NCBI RefSeq assembly: GCF_009914755.1
Contig: NC_060927.1
Source: the human T2T-CHM13v2.0 reference genome, Homo sapiens
Reading direction: 5' to 3' (one strand)
Length of the DNA: 64,000 bases
Made by a program: the position numbers and the translations under genes. Positions 53,070 to 64,000 of this stretch are shown here, piece by piece; within the stretch, counting starts at the first letter, position 1, and the number at the start of each line of letters is the position of its first letter. The notes beneath the pieces are model-generated. The model made no database searches. It was not told where the DNA came from and saw only the letters and a list, made by a program, of their open reading frames with translations.

Positions 53070-53336
53070 CAGATCCTGCTCTGGTGGGGCCTAGAGCTTG
53101 TACGGTTTCTTGTATAATTTTAGGAGCCCTATTTAAGAAATGAATACAAATAGATATAAGAAAACACAGAAGTCTTAACCAACTATAGCTTAATTATTAT
53201 GCTTTTGTAAATTTTGCAAAATTATGTAATGATGAAAACCTATGCTAGGCCCTTCTCAGGGCATTGGCAGGGGCACCATGCAGAAGAGGGTATGTGAAGC
53301 CTAAGCTTCATTAGCCTTAACGCAAACTAGCTTCTA
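53070..53336. mobile_element. hAT-Tip100 (Zaphod/MER115-like) DNA transposon remnant
   Basis: cagatcctgctctggtggggcctagagcttgtac...ccctatttaagaaa and gtgaagcctaagcttcattagcctt; subfamily uncertain. Confidence 0.5.
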
Positions 53337-55221
53337 AGTGCATTTTTTGAACTTAAATACTTTTGAAAAAAAAAGACTTATCCAAACATGAAAATATATC
53401 AGATAAAGAACCAAGTGACTATATAAATCATGTATTGAATTACGACTTTCAGTATTTGATTAAACAGTTCAATTTTTATTGTGTACCTGTAATATATGCT
53501 GGCTGGGCTCTGCTTTGAGGAAAGTTCATAGATGTATAAGGATTACCCTTTGCCCATGAAGAGTTCAAAGTCTCAGGGTGGATTCAAGCATAATTCTAAA
53601 TCACAGGATGATCAAGTATAAAGTTCTGTTAAATCTATTCCTTTGACATAGGTTATCTATGAAGATTTCTCTTAAGGGGTAGACTCTGAAGTGGACTTTC
53701 AATGGCAAACAGTTCTTGCAAGCACATGTGGGAAGAACAGCTTTTAGGCAAGGTCCTGAAAATCCAAAGCTTTGAAGCCAGAGATGTGGGGCATGTTTGG
53801 GAAATTAGCTGGTATGGGCAGAGCTTAAGATCCAAGGATGCAAAGCAAAGAGAGACGAAGAGAAATGTTTGCAATGGAAAATAAGAAAGGAAAGATTAAT
53901 TAGCTCTGAACTTTGGAGAACTTGGATATGCAAACATAGGAATGTATTATCGTTCTTTTTTCTTTCCTGTGTGCCATAGGAAATCTGCAGAGTTTGCTTG
54001 AACAAGGAGTAGGCATGAACGCATGTACAAATCGGGCAGCATTTCTGCATGAGGGTAGTAGTGATAAGGAAGTTGAAGTTGTTGCGGTGGTTCCGGTGAT
54101 AGGTGTGAGGGCGTCTCCAAGGATATGACTGTGGGAATGGAAAGAAAAGGACATATGTGAGTTGCAGAGAACGGAGCTAAAGGTAGAGGCTTAGCTAGAT
54201 GAGGGGATATAGGCAGAGAAGAGAGGAAAATGTAAAATAAAACTAAAGTTTAAAACTGAAGAATATAGTCATGTTCTTAACTGAGATGAAGATTACTAAG
54301 GAAGGAACACAGTTAGGAAGTGAAGGAGAAGGAAAATAGGTGGGACTTATATTAGGCACTCATAAGACATACATGTGTGACATCCATCCCAGCAGACATT
54401 TGAAGAAACCATTAACTCTACACTCAGTTGCAAAAAACACAGCCATTCTCTTCAAACTGAACTAGTTTGGTTCCTCTCTTGGACTCTTAGGTCCTTCTCC
54501 TACCATGGTTTCTAACATTCTCCAACTAATGAGATGGCTTCCTCACCCCTTGGAATAATCCTGCTCAGTCAACATCTTCCTCGTGGATTATCCCCGAAGT
54601 ATTCCAATCACAAATTTGCATTATATTACAATGCTTTGATGTTCATGTCCACTTGTTACTGCTCTCACGTCTTTGCAGATTACTCTAAAACTCTTATTAG
54701 AATAAGATATAAGCTTTTTTTTCAGAGCAGGGAGCCAGATTCAATATTATAGTATCCCTCTACAGTAATCGATTTAGAGTTCTTGGCAAAGAGTAGACGC
54801 TTAATCACAATAATCATTAGCATAAAAGGTAATCTTTATTGGGCACCTAGTTTCTGCCAAGTACTGTAACATATACTATATCTTATCTAACGAAAAACCT
54901 ACAAAAGAAGTAGGCTTTTATTCTTATTTGGATGAGACAAGTAAAGATAAAAGAGATTAGAAACTTCCCCAAACCACTCTAGTAGTGTTAAGTTCCAACC
55001 CAAATTCATTCTGCTCCAAAGCTCACCAATCTTTTCACAAAGACAAGAATATTATACATGTAATGTTTTCCACTTAATCCTATACTGAACACAATTTAAT
55101 TTTTCCTAATAGGAGGATAAAGATCTTATATATACAATCATTATTTTGTTCCTTGGCTGTACTGAAATATTTATTTTTGACATTGATTTAGGCATTAAAC
55201 TCTGTTTAACAATATATTTTC

Positions 55222-55253
<32 letters not shown>

Positions 55254-55254
55254 T

Positions 55255-55757
<503 letters not shown>

Positions 55758-55849
55758 TAAGTGAGCATTTTTCCACTTACATTATGTTGCAAAATTCAGT
55801 TTGTAAATCAGGTTTCCAAAACTTGTATATTTTCCCATTAAAATTATGC

Positions 55850-56330
55850 TATAAATAACTAATGTCTTCTCTTGCTATATTGCTTTATTTTCACCTATGA
55901 TTTATCACATAACATTTATGCCCTGTATTCTAGTTATAATATATGTTCTCCTTCTTTCACTCCTGGCTCAAGGTAGACTGTATGCTTCTTGAAAGCAGAT
56001 GATGTGTCTTACATTTATCATTTTAATATACAACTAGTCCAGTCCCTTAATCATAGTAAACACTCACTCCTTTATTCATCCTTTCATTCATTCTGGAATT
56101 TGTAGCATGGGCACTATGTGCTAGGGACTGGGACAGAGGTTGAGGGTACAAGGCAAGTAAACGAGACATGAACTATGCCTTGAGGAGCTTACGATCCAAT
56201 GAAGAAGACAACAAATATTTACGAAACCATGTAATATAAAACTGCTGTATGTGCTCTAAAAAATTATGAGGAATATTAAAAGCATAAATAAAGGAGACTT
56301 ACCCAAGTCTGAAGAGTTAGGGTATAGTTA
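55850..56330. mobile_element. L2 fragments (3' end region)
   Basis: tagactgtatgcttcttgaaagcag, ttcattcattc, ggcactatgtgctagggactggg, tgccttgaggagcttacgatc. Confidence 0.65.
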
Positions 56331-57444
56331 AAATAACAATACTTCAATATACGAGAGAAGATAAATTTCATCCATAGACGTGCCTATTACAAATGACTTT
56401 TAAAACTACAATTGGCTGAAATGAGATTTTAAACAACCTATAAATCTAATTGTTTATAACAGTATTTTAATGGGAAAACATATCCTGAGACTTTTCTTCA
56501 AAGCCTCAAAATATATAATGGGCCCATTCCAATCCTCCATCCTTGGCAGCAAAAACAGGCATCTGCCTATTCCTGCTGAGACTTCTGTACAAACAAGGTC
56601 GATTTTCTCCTGTCACTGAAGATTATACTGCAGTTGTGGGGCCAATGGAGGGGAATGACAGCTTCCAAGGCAAAGTGTGAGATCTGATAGTACTCTAGAA
56701 CTTTTCTGGGACATCTTTAAGATCTTTGGAACCTGGCAAGAGAAAGGGAGTCATATCACCATAACATTGTGAAAATGGGCGATTGCTTTCTTAGTCACTT
56801 TCTATCCATCTCAGTGTTATGATAACTACTTCCATGGTTTTCACACAGGACTGCCCAAAGGAAATTGCTAAGTCTCTCTATTGTGACTATTGTCGCTTTA
56901 TGAGTCTGCGTGAGATGGATCTAAGGCCCCATGTTAGTGCTTTTACCCATACACAACCATGTGATTAGATGATTCTTGTACATTCAGGCATATTAAATGT
57001 TTGATAGTCACTGATTTAGATATACTCTAAATAGCACAGTAGACATGCCCAGTGGAATAATTAGCTTTGATCTCTGACTTTTGTGTCAAGTGAACAAGAC
57101 TATACTTAATTAGTAAATAAAAATCAAAATTGATAAAAACTGAATAAACCCTAGATGTTTCTAATTTGAATAAGTCAAAATTAAAACTATTATTCATCTG
57201 TAATCTTCATCCAGTGTTGCTGATTTTATTCAAAATGCATTTTTTCTCGTATAAAATAGCTGATTACATGTTTTCTTCTGCTGCTTGCATGTTCCTTTAT
57301 CTCCTCTTTCCATTCTATTTTTCGGTCTTTTGAGAAATGACTGCAATTTTGATATTGATTTTGAAATCAGGCATGCCGAAACTTTTCTTATCCAAGCAGC
57401 CCTGTATCTAAAATCTTTGTTCTTCTTAATAGAGCATGTCCACC

Positions 57445-57446
<2 letters not shown>

Positions 57447-57488
<42 letters not shown>
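57447..57488. repeat. (AC)21 microsatellite
   Basis: Perfect AC run seen directly. Confidence 0.97.
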
Positions 57489-57492
<4 letters not shown>

Positions 57493-57834
57493 TTCCAACA
57501 TGAGTGCCAATAAATGGCAATGTCTAGCATAATTCTCTATTCAATGGATCCTTGAATAAATGAAATCATAGAGGTGAACTAAACTGTAAATACGGTACAG
57601 TCTACATCTGAAAGAATTTGGAAACCAGGGCCTTTGGGGAGTGAAGATGGATCATGCCTAGTGGCCCCTCAGTGCTTTGCACATAATTTTGTACTCGCTT
57701 TAAGGTGACGTTATTTTTGGTTTACTTGTCTGCTTTTCTCTTCACTGACCTATGAGCTCTCTGAGGACAATAAAGGTTTCCAGTCTTTTTCTATCTTCTG
57801 AGGTGGATTCATAATAGGTGCTTAATACATATTT

Positions 57835-57927
57835 GTGAAGAAAAGAAGAAAAAGATAGGAAAGGAAAAGAGGGGAGAAGACAGAAGAGGAAAGGGAGGGA
57901 ATAAAGGAAGAGAAAGAGAAGGAAGCA
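57835..57927. repeat. GA-rich purine tract
   Basis: Nearly all A/G over ~90 bp, directly after an L2 end. Confidence 0.75.
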
Positions 57928-58339
57928 ACCTGAATAGTAAGCAAGGGTTACGGGACCTGAGTTAATAATTAGGCAACTTGGGCAATATTAGGGTATCCTA
58001 GATGTCTGGATTTATCTTGAAATTCCTTCTAGCACTGTATTCTATGTCTGTGAGTGACAGAATACGTATATGTATTTTGCATGGTATGTATGAATAGTAT
58101 TGTTATATAAGTAAAAAGCAATAAATCCACAAAAATAGTTGGCTACTTTAACAAAAAGTTTCTGATATCATCTTTGCAATTAATCAACATTTCAGATTTT
58201 TCCTTTGAAAGCTTGTAAGTATATAAATCCTAAAGACATTTACTTGTCAGAATTAAGATAATTTAAAATGGAACTGTTACAGTTCCAAGCAAAAGGACGA
58301 AAAGGGAAAGAAACAGATGTGTATTGTAGAATTTTACTA

Positions 58340-58550
58340 TAAAAGGCACTGAGCAAAGTACCTTACCTAAGTTATCTAATTTAATACTCCTGACAACCTT
58401 TTTAAGTTATTATCACTTTTTTTCTAAATGAAGAAACTGAGGCTCTGCAAAATGAAGCAAATTGCCCAGTCTATAAATCTAGTAGGTGACAGACCCATTA
58501 GTCTGATCTCCTTCTGTCTGACACTAAAGAAAATGCTTTTTTACGATGCC
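58340..58550 (-). mobile_element. MIR fragment
   Basis: aggcactgagcaaagta...aaatgaagaaactgaggctc...aagcaaattgccca. Confidence 0.65.
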
Positions 58551-60921
58551 AAACTACATCTGATAATAAGAGAGAAGCTTCAAATTTTATTTATATTGCA
58601 AACTATGTCAATACATCTTTTATATACTGACATCCACTGCTACTCAGAGTTTTCCTTCTAAGTATCCTAGAGGCAAAAGAGAGAAAACTCACCTCTGGAG
58701 CTGGCTGTAGTCACCTGAAGCATCTGCTGTAGGGATAGTAATCTATTAATATTCATGTGTTTCTTCACCATTAATAGGTGATTCTTCTTTTCTTACCTAA
58801 GATATTTACGTTTACATATTTGTTTTAATATAGAAATAGCAATTCCTCTCCTTAAAATCAGTAAGTAAAACTGACACCTCAGGGACATGAAGTGTGTTTT
58901 TCAATGGCTCGGAGGAGGCCCTTCACACCCTTGCACATCATTGCAAATATTCATGTCCCTAGTGAACAGCAACAACCCAGATCTTTCTTGAGACATAGGG
59001 AATTACTGTATTTTCTCACAGTCAAGCTAAGGAATGCTGCAGGTAGGGTTCTACTTTGTTACCAGAAATTGTTTTATTCAAGTGCACAAAAACAGTGTCA
59101 ACTGGTTTCTTGAGCCTTAATATATAAGGACACTTAAACTTTTCCTTCCTTTTCCTGTCTTTACCTTTCTCTCTAGGGAGATTTTTTTTTTTTAAAGAAA
59201 AAGCTAAAACATATAATGAAAGATGGAACTTAACATTGTGGAAGTCCTAATAATTTTTTTGAAATATTAGAAATTAGGTTATCCCTCTTGTTCCTAGTCA
59301 TCTAAAAATAAGTCTTAGAAAATGATACCATTGTCTTTTCACCATGTACATAATAGGTTCTTTCTTTCTTTCATTAAGAACTCTATGAGGATCATAGAGT
59401 CTTGGAGCTCAAGGAAATCTTATAGATCATTTACTTCAAACTGTCTTTCCACATATGTGGGAGTTGAGACTCAGTAAATGAAAAGTGTTAACCCAGTACC
59501 GCAGAACGAATTGGGAGTGGATCCAGCCTTAGAATTCAAACCTCAGGCTTCCCAGCCCAGTCATGTTTCCATAGAAGATACTTCCAGCATTAATCATAAC
59601 TTGGCTTTGAAGAGAATATCTGGCCCTGCATTTGAATTACACTCAGGCAGACAAAAATTCTGAATTATAACCAAGACTTTAGATTGCCAGCTGGGTAAGA
59701 TTCAGCAAGACACCCAATTGCCATTTAGATGGTAAGAGATGTAAAAGAGGCCAAGAAGGCTCAAAAATGCTTACTTTCGTCATTATCAATGGGTTGGCAT
59801 AGCTCACAAGTGGCCAATTCTATTCTCTAGCAGAATTAAACTTTGCAGGTTCACTGGGTAATACAATTGTTTTCCAATTTGGTTTGATAAACAAAATACA
59901 AAGTAAATGATATTAAACTATTTTAAAAGAGTATCCCATGAAATTCAATGTAGCTAATCTAATCCAAGCTGCTGTCTGCCCTCAGTGAGCAGTTTGTAGT
60001 TTTCATGATTGGATGAAAACACACTAGGAGTAGAGGAGAGTGGGCTCTGCAGTCCTAGTCTTCATTCTGCCTATTACTCGCTATTTAACCTTGGTCAGGC
60101 TACTTAATATGTTTTTGCCTCATCATTGTAAAGACGAAAGGAGTTAGTACATGGAAGCTTTGAAGCAATTCCTGGCACATATTAAGATCCCAATAACTGT
60201 AAAGGACACATTTTAGAGTGAAGTGTTAGAGTGAGGGAAGGAAAGAATGGTAGCGCTTATAACTAGGCTGCAGACAAAGCAGAACTGTTTGAAGGGGCCT
60301 GGGGATTTCTTGCTCTTTGTCTATGATTCCTCCTAAGCTTAGCTCAGTTCCTCAAGCTCCAGAAAGAACTACATTTACATAAAACACCCAAATGGCCAAA
60401 AGGCTTCTTCCAAGACGCCAGGAATTCATAGACCTTTCCTACCTGAACTGCAGTTCTGCTCATTTAGCAAAGTATAATTGCAGAAGATTATCAGAGACTC
60501 CTCGACCTACAATACCCACTTCAGCAAAACCCTGAGGTTATACAGTAGTTTTTAAGTAAAGAGTTCAGAATCTCTCCTAAGATGATTTTTGCTAGTCTCC
60601 TTTTAATTGAATTAGTGAGTTAATAGAACCAAATCAGCATTTTCCACAATGATTGCAATGCCAGGAATTTATAATGATTTGTTCTTTATTCTGGACCTTT
60701 TGGGTTAGCAAATCAAAACTGATAACATCAAACCAAATTTCCTTTCTTCTCTTCTGCAAATGAAAGGAGAAGGAAAACACATAACCATTGACGTTTCACA
60801 CCAACATTTAGATATATATTCACATACATTAATGGAAAATTTTGAGGGTATTAATTTATCATCATCATCTTTCTCGGTTTCCCACGGCCTTCATGAGATT
60901 ATCTGAGAAGTACATCCTTGC

Positions 60922-60983
60922 TAAGTTAGGGCAGTTATTAGGCAGATATATATAAGTTAGGGCTAGTTATTAGGCAGATATAT
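60922..60983. repeat. ~31-bp tandem duplication
   Basis: taagttagggcagttattaggcagatatata / taagttagggctagttattaggcagatatat. Confidence 0.9.
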
Positions 60984-61322
60984 TAAGAATGGTTTCATAG
61001 TTTCACTTATTTAAATAAGGAGCTCTAATGAAGAATACATTTCTCTAATAATTACTTAATTTTTGTTTCTATTTTCACTGCATATTTTAAACATTAAGTT
61101 TAATGTTATAAAGGTAATACATGCACATTGTTGAAAATCAAAGAGCACAGAAAAGTGGATGTTACATTCAATGAATTTTAAAAAATTAAACTGGTTTCTA
61201 ATTATGCTTATATTGCCCACAGTATACAATATACCGTTTTCAGCTGAAGCCAAGGTCAGGTTCAAAAATAATATTGCATATAGCATTGCTTCCCCTTTAC
61301 CTGAGATCTATAAATTTTTATT

Positions 61323-61323
<1 letters not shown>

Positions 61324-61367
<44 letters not shown>
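61324..61367. repeat. (TATC)11 tetranucleotide STR
   Basis: Perfect TATC run seen directly. Confidence 0.97.
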
Positions 61368-61369
<2 letters not shown>

Positions 61370-64000
61370 GGAATTCTTGAACATAAGTATTTCTGTACTC
61401 ACTACATTCCACTAACTTATAACATTCTGTCTCCTGTCTCTTTATAGCAAAAGCTTATTAGCTATTGTGAGCAGCTACAGGGGTAAATGATGTTCCTACA
61501 TTTTTGAGGGGCCATGTTAGTGTTTAGATAATGATTTAACTGAATCCCAAGATGAGTCAGGGCAAGAGTCTAGTTAAGGATGGGGGTTCTTGATGGATAC
61601 TAAAGGAGCAGGCTGAAAATGTAGCAAGGTCACCTGCAAGCAGAGAGAATGACCAGGGCAGCCTATGCTAAGGATGCAAAACTCTCAAGGAGCTCTCTCT
61701 CTCTGTCTCTCTAGCAGGTCTTGGCATGGGATGGGGGGTGGTGGGAGTGGACTATATAGTTTATTTATTGAGTTATCTTAGTGGTGGATAGGCAGATTTT
61801 GAAAATTACAATTTTCGAATGTAAGGAGAAGTAAGTGCATATTATGAATCCAAGTAGTCAAGTAGATTGCATGTTGAAGAAAGTCAACAGAAGTCCAAAC
61901 AGGTAACAAGTAGTTTAATATGAAAGGAAGAGAACATGATTCTAACCTCAGACCTAGGGAAGGACCCACATTGTATGAATGTTAGGCTTCCTTCTATGTA
62001 TGAGTGTGTATTGGCAGAGGTAATAAAGCTGAAGGAGAACAGTGTAGTGAAGAGGAAGGGAGGTAAATTTGCACTATGTGTTTTCAGATTAGAAGCAATG
62101 GAGCCTTGGGTTTGCTAGAAGACATTGTGGTCATACCTCAGGCAGAGGCTAAGCCTTTTAGAATAGGCGTATTATAGAAAGTGCTAGAAAGGAAATTGGT
62201 ATCATCTGTTTGCAAGAAGCCACTTGCTTTTTAAGAAGAAAGTTAAAATCACAGTCCTACTGATGATGAGGTACTGGGTGATATGTTCAACTGGGGACAA
62301 TATTGAACCATAAATCAAAAGAGAATGAATATCTCTTGATCTGCCAATGACTTTTCACAAAGTACTATTTTTGGGAAAATAATTATATAGAAAACATGCA
62401 CCTCCTTTCTAGTTTACAAGAATATTATGAATATATGCTTGTTAAAACAGTGCTTTGAACTCCTGGTAAATAGATACTCTATTAATACAATATGTAATTA
62501 TTTATTTCCATGGGCCAGTACATCAGCCAATGACTTTTAGATGCATTTCAAGCTGAATTTAATTATATTTTCTGAAACTTGGAAATAGTCTGTTTCTATT
62601 TGGCTAGATGCCAGGGCAGCATATCTAGCTGATACACACTGATTTATTCCAATCGGTTCTCCCAGGTTAGTATCAGTTGGTTTATAAATACCAGCTAATA
62701 GGCTTTTGCAGGTTTCTCAGAAATTAATTACAGTAGATTTAAATTAATTGCTAAGTCGATAAAAGAATTCCCAAGGAATCCTCAAGTTTTGAAATTTACA
62801 GTGTTGCTGCTGGTAAACATCGGATAGCTCTGGTTCTAGAATGGTCCTCTGTTGTGGCTGTTATCCTGACTACTTAAACTATAACTGAGAAGAACATTCC
62901 TACACTTTCAGGCTATCTTTATCAAATTTCATAAGTAAAACACATCTATTTGATCAACACCTATTTACAGAGTATCTATAATGTTAGAGGCACTGTGCTA
63001 AATACTGTAGATAGAAACACAATAGAAATGTTTTCTGTGTAACTTAGTTTATTCAAGTATCGTACAATCACGTCCACTTAGCTTATCTTCTAACAAAATC
63101 ATAGCTCTTGAAAATTTATAAAAAGGGGCAGGTGGTGGAAAGTTTAGGCTATTATCTAAGATGACAGACATATAGCCCTCTGATTGATAATTCCTCAGCA
63201 CGTTTCTTATGTGGGTGGGCTTGTTATAGCAAGCAGTGTATATAAAGAATATAATATCAGCCAAGTCATAGTCAATCAAAAGTACTGAAAGAATAAACAG
63301 ACCATTTGCTCTGCTTACAACAGCTTATGCAAGTTTTTAGAAAAATGACAATTACGACAACAATAAATATTTTTAAAAAAGAACCAGTACAGGGTTTTCT
63401 ATTATCAATTTAGGAAAGTAGGACAGGTGGATTATATAGATTATAAAACCTATAGATTGTGTAAGTGTTAGTCCAATTTGGTTTGGTTCTTCCATCACAA
63501 GCCAAGTAAGAAATGGGATGGAGATGATACTTTAGATGACACCACCTTCAGACAGTCAAATAAGATACAAATTACAGTAAATTAAACAATGCAAGAAGGA
63601 TGGGATGATTTTCCTAGTACACACAGCTGAGGGTAGACTACTATTTAATAACTTGAAACAACTGAGGACTTAAAGGTCGAATATATAGAGAGGTTAGTGT
63701 ATGTAGACCGGAAAATACTGAAAATGCTTAAAGACTAAACATATCAAATGAGAAGAAGCATGTAAAAATCAGAATTTTTGTAAAACCCCGCTATTCGGGG
63801 ATGCCTCCAAAATAGTCTAAATTAGTAAAAGTTCTAAAATATATAATATCTTTAAAGACATGTTGTTTTAAGGTTTTCAAATAAATGAAGTGACTAACTG
63901 CTGACGAAGTTTATCCATGCTTGTTGGACTAGTTTTAAGGAATAGATGAGACTGATTGTAATTAGCAGCACTCATCTGTATAAAATGAGTATCTGATAAT

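Noticed and set aside
52040-53080. Target-site duplication for the DRG1 retrocopy
   Set aside because: Only a weak cactgcatag / cacatgcacgag resemblance; not supportable
61727-61750. G-rich tract as a G-quadruplex
   Set aside because: Lacks four separated GGG tracts; weak candidate

Overview
This is AT-rich, CpG-depleted primate (human-like) genomic DNA. It looks intergenic or deep-intronic, and I can support no intact protein-coding exon. Much of it is interspersed repeat: Alu J/S/Y, L1PA/L1M fragments, L2, MIR, MaLR LTRs, and MER5A/MER113/MER44A/MER2 DNA transposons, plus microsatellites. Two gene-derived sequences are recognisable. One is an old, heavily disabled, intronless DRG1 (developmentally regulated GTP-binding protein 1) retro-pseudogene on the minus strand at ~52060-53060, which ends in an A-rich tail inside the coding region. 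The other is a 33-nt tailless U2 snRNA retrocopy with target-site duplications at 15087-15119. Smaller observations include two fold-back (templated-insertion-like) scars, a trimeric Alu inside one TSD pair, a MER113 split by ~8 kb of nested insertions, short tandem duplications and several candidate TF-motif clusters. I found no evidence for a genuinely new biological system. Repeat subfamily names come from recalled consensus sequences and most repeat boundaries are approximate.
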